A DNA stretch of 64,000 nucleotides, taken from Mantamonas sphyraenae STR306 (Eukaryota > Protista > CRuMs). Of the stretch, positions 57,246 to 64,000 are shown piece after piece. Position numbers and translations under genes: made by a program. The notes beneath the pieces are model-generated. The model was given only the letters and a program-made list of their open reading frames with translations, was not told the DNA's origin and ran no database searches. The stretch covers positions 186,512 through 250,511 of the forward strand of contig JAPMXV010000021.1 of the NCBI GenBank assembly GCA_026936335.1, in the 5' to 3' direction. Every line of letters begins with the position of its first letter. The first letter of the stretch is position 1.

Positions 57246-59576
57246 TTAGGACCTGAGAATGGCTTTGACGACGCGGCCGTCGTGGACGACGCGTACAATC
57301 CAGGGGCTGGTGCTGGTGACGTAGCGGCCCTGGCTGGCGACGACGTCGTGGTTGGGGTTGCAGTCTTGGAGAAGGGTGACTACACTCTGCCAGTCCTCGC
57401 CGACAAGGTCGTTGGTACTCTTGATGCCGCCTGGCAGGTTAATCTGCTCGGCAGGGCCGTCACCAGAGGGACGAACGTTGGAGGCGGAGGGAGCGATGCG
57501 CTCGACGACATCGTCTTGGTCGCGAGTCTGACCAGCCCAGCTGGAGCTGGAGCTGCTGGTTTGGACGCGTTCACGTGCAAGCTCGCGGCGTTCGAGCTGC
57601 TTGGCAAAGGCTTCCTGCTGCTTCTCGAGTACTCGCTGGGCCTCGATCATCCTCTCCATCTGCGCGACTTGGTCGACCTCCATGCGGGTCTTCCAGGCCA
57701 TGAGGGCGTCGAGCTGCTCTTGCATGGTCTGGCGCAGTTGACGCTCAGACTCGTAGGCAACGCGTGCTTCCTGAACCTCCTCCTCCAAGCGGTTGACTGT
57801 GGCGACGAGATTCTGATTGTGGTTGGCCAGAGGTTTGAGTTGTTGCTCGACAACGACCTGCACAGTCCTTTGCAGCTCTTCGCTGACGAGAAAGTCCATG
57901 CCAAACTGTTGGAGGTTGTCTTTGGAGGCAGCAGCGGGTGCGTCTGCGTTCTGGAGCTGCATGACGTTCTCTTGAAGGTTGTAGATCATCTGCATGAGCT
58001 CGCTCTGGCCGTCGCTGCTTGCGTGGACACCTGAGCGGACCTGTTGAAGGAGCTGTTGCTGTTCATCCCAGAGTTCCTGCTGGCTGGCGGCAGCCTTTTC
58101 CATGGCCTCGCTCTGGACCTGCTGCTCCCACTTGACGTCTGCAACCTCCTTGCGGACGGCATCGAGATGGGCCTCAGTCGCGGCTGTGCTTGCGCGGACA
58201 AAGTACTGGAGGTTGCTGACGACGTTTCGGGTCTGGAGCTGCACGAGCTCTGCGACTGCCTCGAGCATGGAGTCGTCGAGGTGTGCGAGAAAGGCGCCGA
58301 GGTTCTTGCTGGCATAGAGGTTGCCATCGATGTTTTCGTCGAGAAGGCCAGGGGCGTCGTCTTCAAAGTGGACCTCCTGGGCCTGGACACGTGCTTGCTG
58401 CTCGTGCTCCTCGAGGCGGACCTGGAGGCCACTTGCATCGAGGTCGGCCAGCCAGGCGTCACCCATGGCGTTGTTGATGTCGGAGGAGCCGCCGTAGAGA
58501 AGGAGGGCGTTTTCGTCATTGAGGACGAGAAGGGAGTGGTTTTTGCGCGCAGGCACAGAGGCAGTGTACATGGGATACTCCTTGGCGGCATCGAGGGCGG
58601 AGTCGTGGCTGTACCAGCAGGCCCAGGTGTGTGAGGTTGTGTCAAAGGCCCAGAGGTCGTCCAAGAGGGCGCTGCCTTGGCCGCCGTGGACCAAGACCCA
58701 CTTGCCAAAGGATTGGGCGACATGGAGGCAGCGCGGGCCAGGGTGAACGTCGTTGAGAGGCTCGACGCGAGTCCAGTAGAGGTTTGCGGTGTCGAGCTCC
58801 CACATGTCGTTAAGGAGGCCCTGGTCGCCCGTACCGCCAAAGAGAAAGATGCGCTGGCCAACTAGGGTCATGGTGTGGCCGTAGCGGGCGGATGGAGCAT
58901 CGCCGCTCTGGTCGACGGCGGTCCAGACGACCTGCTCGGCGTCAAAGATCCACAGGTCTCCAAGGACGGTTGCGGGCTTGCGGCGCTTGCCGTGGGCGTT
59001 GGCGTCCTCTTGCATACCGCCAAAGACGACAAGCCTGTTGTAGCAGTGGACGCCCGCGGCGAGCTGGCGCGGGTCTGGGCAGGCCGCTTTGGCGTCTTGT
59101 GCGAAGCGGGTCCACTTGAGAGTGCCCTTTGCGAGCTGCCATGTGTCGTTGAGCTCGTGGTAGCCGCTGTGGCCGCCAAAAACAAAGGCGGTGTCGCCTG
59201 CGTCGACGGTGACGTGGTTGTAGCGTGCGCGGGGATGCGGGAGCGGGGTGTCGAGGTGGGACCATTTCTGCTCGAGGAGATTGAGGGTCCATACGTCTGT
59301 GTTTGGCTTGAAGCCGTAAATGCCGGACATGCCGCCGTAGATGAGGACGGTGTGGTCGTCGAGGCGGAGCATGGTGTGGCCGTAGCGTTTGTCTGGGAAG
59401 CCAGGGGTGGAGGAGCGTTTAGATCGGCGGTCGTCGTCGGGCTTTGTGTCGATTTGATGAAAGGCGACGACGCGTTTGTCAGATGAGCGGGGTACTTTTC
59501 CGGTGGCGCGCATTTGAGCGGCTTGGAGGCGTGACCGGAGCATGTCTGTGAGCACAGGGCCCTCCTGGCCTGACAT
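57246..59576 (-). CDS. Kelch-repeat beta-propeller protein with coiled coil and small C-terminal domain
   Basis: Six P..R..H.....(hh)xGG.....D.W kelch blades followed by a heptad-rich region. Confidence 0.85.
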   Translation of the reverse strand: MSGQEGPVLTDMLRSRLQAAQMRATGKVPRSSDKRVVAFHQIDTKPDDDRRSKRSSTPGFPDKRYGHTMLRLDDHTVLIYGGMSGIYGFKPNTDVWTLNLLEQKWSHLDTPLPHPRARYNHVTVDAGDTAFVFGGHSGYHELNDTWQLAKGTLKWTRFAQDAKAACPDPRQLAAGVHCYNRLVVFGGMQEDANAHGKRRKPATVLGDLWIFDAEQVVWTAVDQSGDAPSARYGHTMTLVGQRIFLFGGTGDQGLLNDMWELDTANLYWTRVEPLNDVHPGPRCLHVAQSFGKWVLVHGGQGSALLDDLWAFDTTSHTWACWYSHDSALDAAKEYPMYTASVPARKNHSLLVLNDENALLLYGGSSDINNAMGDAWLADLDASGLQVRLEEHEQQARVQAQEVHFEDDAPGLLDENIDGNLYASKNLGAFLAHLDDSMLEAVAELVQLQTRNVVSNLQYFVRASTAATEAHLDAVRKEVADVKWEQQVQSEAMEKAAASQQELWDEQQQLLQQVRSGVHASSDGQSELMQMIYNLQENVMQLQNADAPAAASKDNLQQFGMDFLVSEELQRTVQVVVEQQLKPLANHNQNLVATVNRLEEEVQEARVAYESERQLRQTMQEQLDALMAWKTRMEVDQVAQMERMIEAQRVLEKQQEAFAKQLERRELARERVQTSSSSSSWAGQTRDQDDVVERIAPSASNVRPSGDGPAEQINLPGGIKSTNDLVGEDWQSVVTLLQDCNPNHDVVASQGRYVTSTSPWIVRVVHDGRVVKAILRS

Positions 59577-59872
59577 GGTGGTGTTGAGAGTTCCGTTGGG
59601 TTTGGGCGCGCGAAACGGGGTTGGATGCAGGTGGAAGGTGGAGGGTGGATGGTGAGTTGGGCATCGCCGTGGGAGCACTGGGTGGGATGTGGAAGTGGGT
59701 GAGGCGATGGAGGTGGCGTTGGCGATGAGTGGGAAGGACAGGGAGGGGAGTATGTGGAGGAGAGGGAGGGTGGGAAGGGTGGGTGACACTGCCGGATGAG
59801 GTGATGGAGAGAGTGATTGAGGGGTTGGGGAGCGGAGGGTGATTGGGAAGGATGTGTGAATGAAAGGGTGGT

Positions 59873-62800
59873 TCATTCGAGGCGTTGGCGTTTGAAGGAG
59901 GAGGAGGAGGAGGAGGAGGAGGAGGAGGAGGAGGAGGAGGAGGAGAAAGGGTCTTTGCGCTTGGGGAGAGGTGAAGGAGGGGATGCGGGGTAGGCGTGAA
60001 CGACGGCGTCGGTGGTGGTGGGGCGGGTGGTGATGTGGGGTGTGATGCGGTCGATGAGGGTGTGGAGGAGAGTGTGCAGTGTGGCGTCGCTGGGTTTGGG
60101 ATTGTCAAGCCAGGCGATCTTGAGGGAGAGGGAGGTGACGCCGCGGTTGAGGGTGGCAGTGATGGCACGTTGAACCTGCTGGTAGGTGAGTTGTGGCCTG
60201 AGGAGGCGGACAAAGAAGGCCATGTCGACAGGCGGCACGCCAACGTTGCCCAGCGCCAGGATGATGTGACGCACCAGGGACTTCAGGCTGCCGTTGTTGA
60301 TCAGCTCACGCAGTGCCTGGTGCTCGTGTGTGTGCTGATGGCGAGGTTGCTTGGCTGCGCGTGCCTTCATGTGTGCCAGCAGCGTCTGGAACTCCCGCGC
60401 CGTGCAGCTGCCACGCTCGTCGCTGTGATAGTGCTTTGCCCAACCACTGCGCACAGGATCAGGTTGCCAAGTGTCCACCTTGGTGGTGGTGAGGTGGTGG
60501 TCGTATTCGCATTGTGTCCAATGTGGGTCGCTGTCGTTGTCAGCAGGGCGTCGTGCTTTCTGCAGCCACAGCTGGGTCTGCTTGTGCTCCTTCCAGGTGC
60601 TGGGATGGGTCCTGTCGCCGAGTGTGTCCATTTCTGTCATGAGCAGGTGGAGGAGGGCATAGTTGGGGTCGCCGTGGTCGTGCGGCTTCTCCAGCCAGCA
60701 CACCTTCAACCCAGCCTTGGTCACGCCCATGGCCAGACCAGCGTTGGGGATGGCAGCACTGCACGCCGCTCGATCCATGTCATGGCCGAGAAGGGTGAGA
60801 CAGAGGGCCATGTCGCCCTGGGAGAGAGGAATGTTCCCCAGAGCGAGCAGGATCTGTCGGACAAGCGTGTTCAGGGTGCCATGGCAGACCACAACACGAG
60901 CCTGCAGTGTCATGAGGTCGGGGATGTCGTCGATGGGATGCTCGTTGGCCAGGGCGTGCGTGTGGTTCAGCAGTGCCGTGTGCTCCTTCTTGTTGCTGTG
61001 CATGCGCTCGCTCTTGCGCCAACATGTCCAGCCACTGCGCACAACGCCATCTGGCAGTCCATCATCCTCGGCCACCTTCTCCTCCTCTGTTGGTTCGGGC
61101 AGAACAAGCTCGGGGATGTCGAGTGCGTTGACGGCGTCGACGGTGATGGGACGGGTGTTGATGTGGGGTGTGATGCGGTCGATGAGGGTGTGGAGGAGGG
61201 TGTGCAGTGTGGCGTCGCTGGGGGGCTTGTCGAGCCAGGCGATCTTGAGGGAGAGGGATGTGACGCCGCGGGTTAGAGAGTGACTGATGGCAGTGGATGC
61301 ATCCTTGTAGTTGACGTGTGGTCTGAGGAGGCGGACAAAGAAGGCCAGGTCGACAGGCGGCACGCCAACGTTGCCCAGCGCAAGGATGATGTGACGCAGC
61401 AGGGATTTCAGGCTGCCGTTGTTAATCAGCTCACGCAGTACCTGGTGCTCATGTGTGTGCTGATGGCGAGGGTGCTTGGCTGCGCGTGCCTTCATGTGTG
61501 CCAGCAGCGTCTGGAACTCCCGCGCCGTGCAGCTGCCACGCTCGTCGTTGTACGGAGTGATGCTCCAGCCACTGCGCACAGACTCTGGTTCCCACTTTTC
61601 CACCTTGTTTGTGCTGAGGTGGTGGTCGTAGTCGCATTGTGTCCAGTGTGGGTCGCTGTCGTTGTCATCAGGGCGTCGTGCTTTCTGCAGCCACAGCTGG
61701 GTCTGCTCGTGCTCCTTCCAGGTGGTGGGATGGGGCCTGTCGTCGAGAGTGTCCATCTCTGCCATGAGCAGGTGGAGGAGGGCGTAGTTGGGGTCGCCGT
61801 GGTCGTGTGGCTCCTCCAGCCAGCACACCTTCAACCCAGCCTTTGTCACACCCATGGCCAAACCAGCGTGTCGAATGGCAAGGCTGCACGCATGTTGATC
61901 CATATCACGGCCGAGAAGGGTGAGGAAGAAGGCCATGTCCCCCTGGGAGAGGGGAATGTTGCCCAGAGTGAGCTGAATCTGTCGGACAAGCGTGTTCAGG
62001 GTGCCATGGCAGACCACAACACGCGCTTGCAGGGTCATGAGGTCGGGGATGTCGTCGATGGGATGCTCGATGGCCACGGTGTGCATGTGGTTCAGCAGTG
62101 CCCTGTGCTCCTTCTTGTCGCTGTGGCTGCGCTCGTCACTGGGTCCCCATGTCCACCCTTTGCGCACAACTCCATGTGGCAACTTGTTCGTCTTGTCCAC
62201 ACCTGATTTCTTCCGTGCGCCGTTGTCTCCATTCTTGGCCCTCCTTGCCCGTGTGCTCGACGTTCCTGTCTCTGTGCCACTGCCAGCCGTGGCCCTGCGC
62301 CTGCGCTGTCCGCTGCCTTTCATCGGTTGTGGATCAGTGCGACGGCTGATGTGGCCTCTGCGTCGTCGACTTCGAATTGTGCGTCTCGGCTGCCATTCCT
62401 CCTGCTCTATGTCATCTGTGTCGTCGTCGCTGTCGTCTTGCGGCATGTACTCCTCATCCATGGCATCGCCAGTGTATGCAATACTGAGTGCGCCCTGAGT
62501 TTCCAACTCGTCGTCCACGTGCTGCTGGGTTGAGTCCTTTGCCTCGCCGTCTTCTGCGTACGCCTCCATCCATGAGCTGGTCATCCACTCTGAGTTGCTG
62601 GACATTGACCGTGGTTCACGGTGGCAAAAGTTCAGGAGCATCAGGTCCTCCACGTCGCCGGGGTCATGTGTGCGTGTGTCCTGGTCTGCGTCGTCGTCGT
62701 CGCAGTCTCCAGTCTGCCGTGTGGCCTGGTGAGAGGAGGACGACGATGTGGTGGTGGATGTAGTCCGTGTGATGCCGACAAAGGCAGGACTGATGCGTTT

Positions 62801-63465
62801 GGGGACGCGGTTGTGGTTTGTGGTGGGTTGAGCAAGCGGACAGGGCACCGGAGGCTGAGCGAAGTGCATCTGGGCGGTTTGTCGTGGCTGAGGAGGCGGT
62901 GGAGGGGGGTAGGCGTAGTATGGGTGGCCTTGATGAGGATATGCGTGGTGCTGCTGGGAGTGGGTGTTGACAGGGACCCAGATGACGGGTGGTTGTGGGT
63001 GCTGGTACGGGTTTTGTACGCCAGAGACGGGCAGCATGTTCGGAAACGGCTGGGCAGCCATGGGAGGGACCATGTACGCGTAGCTGTGGGGGAGACGCGG
63101 AGGGGCAGGGCGGAGTGGTACTGGTGAGCGGAAGGCGGCATGGACGCCGTCAGGGCAGAAGCGGGGTGAAGGGAGGCTGGAACGGGCAAAGAGGGAAAAG
63201 GAAAGGAGATTGGCAGACGGGGAAACTGGCAACGGGGAGGCAGTGACAGGGGAGAGGGGATCGGAGAAGAGCGGAGAAAGCAGCAACGGTGGTGATGGGG
63301 AAGTGGAGATGCAGCGGAGGAGTGCAGGGAAGCGACGGAGGCATGGAGGAGGCAAGGGAGCGGGAGAAGCGGGCAGTCAGAAAACGGAGTGGAAGGCAGA
63401 ACGCACGCTGGGTAGGTGTTGGGGGTGTGTTGTTGCTTCGGAGTGCTCGAGTAGTCGTTGTCCAT
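59873..63465 (-). CDS. Subtelomeric orphan protein (~1090 aa) with a tandemly duplicated ~375-aa unit
   Basis: Exon 1 63465-63407 (GC|GTGCGT) is spliced at CACAG to 63083 in phase 2; long ORF to 59873; Pro/Gln-rich, acidic and basic N-terminal region. Confidence 0.75.
59896..59944. repeat. (GAG)n microsatellite encoding poly-Ser on the minus strand
   Basis: Direct reading. Confidence 0.9.
60030..62185. repeat. Intragenic direct repeat: two ~1.04-kb copies with period ~1125-1128 bp
   Basis: ATGTGGGGTGTGATGCGGTCGATGAGGGTGTGGAGGA occurs at 60033 and 61161; GCGCACAAC at 61037 and 62162; long near-identical stretches lie between. Confidence 0.92.
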
Positions 63466-63737
63466 GGTGGTGGCGGTGGTACTGGAGTGTATGTGGATTG
63501 TGTTGGACTGGTGGAGGGTGTTGTGGGTGTTGGTGAAACTTTGGTTGAAGGCGGATGGGCAGTGCTGACTGCGCGGCGTTGCAAGACGACGGCCACTCAC
63601 CAGCGACATTTCCACTCCCACCCATTGCCCACTGCCCCATGTCACCACCCAACTCAGCCACCCAGCCAACTAACACAAGCACAACTCACGTGACATAGAC
63701 CGGACTCATCTCAACAAAAGCATCTTCAATGGCACAT

Positions 63738-64000
63738 TTAGGGTTAGGGTTAGGGTTAGGGTTAGGGTTAGGGTTAGGGTTAGGGTTAGGGTTAGGGTTA
63801 GGGTTAGGGTTAGGGTTAGGGTTAGGGTTAGGGTTAGGGTTAGGGTTAGGGTTAGGGTTAGGGTTAGGGTTAGGGTTAGGGTAGGGTTAGGGTTAGGGTT
63901 AGGGTTAGGGTTAGGGTTAGGGTTAGGGTTAGGGTTAGGGTTAGGGTTAGGGTTAGGGTTAGGGTTAGGGTTAGGGTTAGGTTAGGGTTAGGGTTAGGGT
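63738..64000 (+). repeat. Telomeric (TTAGGG)n array; chromosome end
   Basis: About 44 TTAGGG units to the end of the window, G-strand pointing outward; two single-base-deleted units near 63881 and 63980. Confidence 0.98.

Noticed and set aside
59873-63465. Telomere-associated retrotransposon or helicase (TART- or Y'-like)
   Set aside because: No reverse transcriptase, endonuclease, zinc-knuckle, transposase or helicase motifs, and no terminal repeats or poly(A) tail were seen.
30-63693. Many long overlapping or antisense ORFs in the track (e.g. 10339..12081+, 8507..10096-, 30270..32264-, 47654..49099+)
   Set aside because: They are shadow frames of recognisable genes in GC-rich, codon-biased DNA and carry no independent motifs.
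63875-63985. Variant telomere units (TAGGG, TTAGG)
   Set aside because: Isolated single-base deletions are best explained as read or consensus errors.
1-64000. Prokaryotic origin, operons, CRISPR or a bacterial insert, suggested by MutY, fumarase, ClpX, Obg and TilS
   Set aside because: Spliceosomal introns, a telomere and eukaryote-specific genes are present. The bacterial-type genes are dispersed, several have presequence-like N-termini, and no repeat-spacer array was seen.
1-64000. Alternative nuclear genetic code or stop-codon readthrough
   Set aside because: Conserved genes translate without internal stops, and TAA, TAG and TGA all serve as terminators.

Overview
This is the right-hand chromosome end of an extremely compact, GC-rich eukaryotic nuclear genome, ending in a (TTAGGG)n telomere at 63738-64000. 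The organism is probably a flagellated protist (DNAAF6, PKD2, EVG1 and a multi-DCX protein are present); I cannot name it. The window holds about 32 protein-coding genes and one tRNA-Arg(CCT). Introns are mostly short GT-AG type, and many genes sit in head-to-head or tail-to-tail pairs only 10-200 bp apart. Most genes are conserved housekeeping genes (CLU1, PRP18, MFAP1, MutY, class I fumarase, EST1/SMG7-like, ClpX, WDR20, SAPS, Obg, Ariadne, RPS28, PKA-R, TilS, TIM44, TMEM234, PKD2). The most unusual items are: a telomere-adjacent orphan gene built from an ABAB repeat of a domain I do not recognise; an intronless phage UvsW-like helicase; a PH-PH-DCB-HUS-Sec7-PH-FYVE ArfGEF; an SH3-PH-RA-RA adaptor with paxillin-like LD motifs; a six-DCX protein; an Ariadne ligase with a CUE insertion and a CaaX box; an RPS28 intron with a candidate poison exon and a long hairpin; a 5-nt micro-exon; and G/C strand-skew domains that ignore gene orientation. 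Gene models were assembled by eye and no searches were run.
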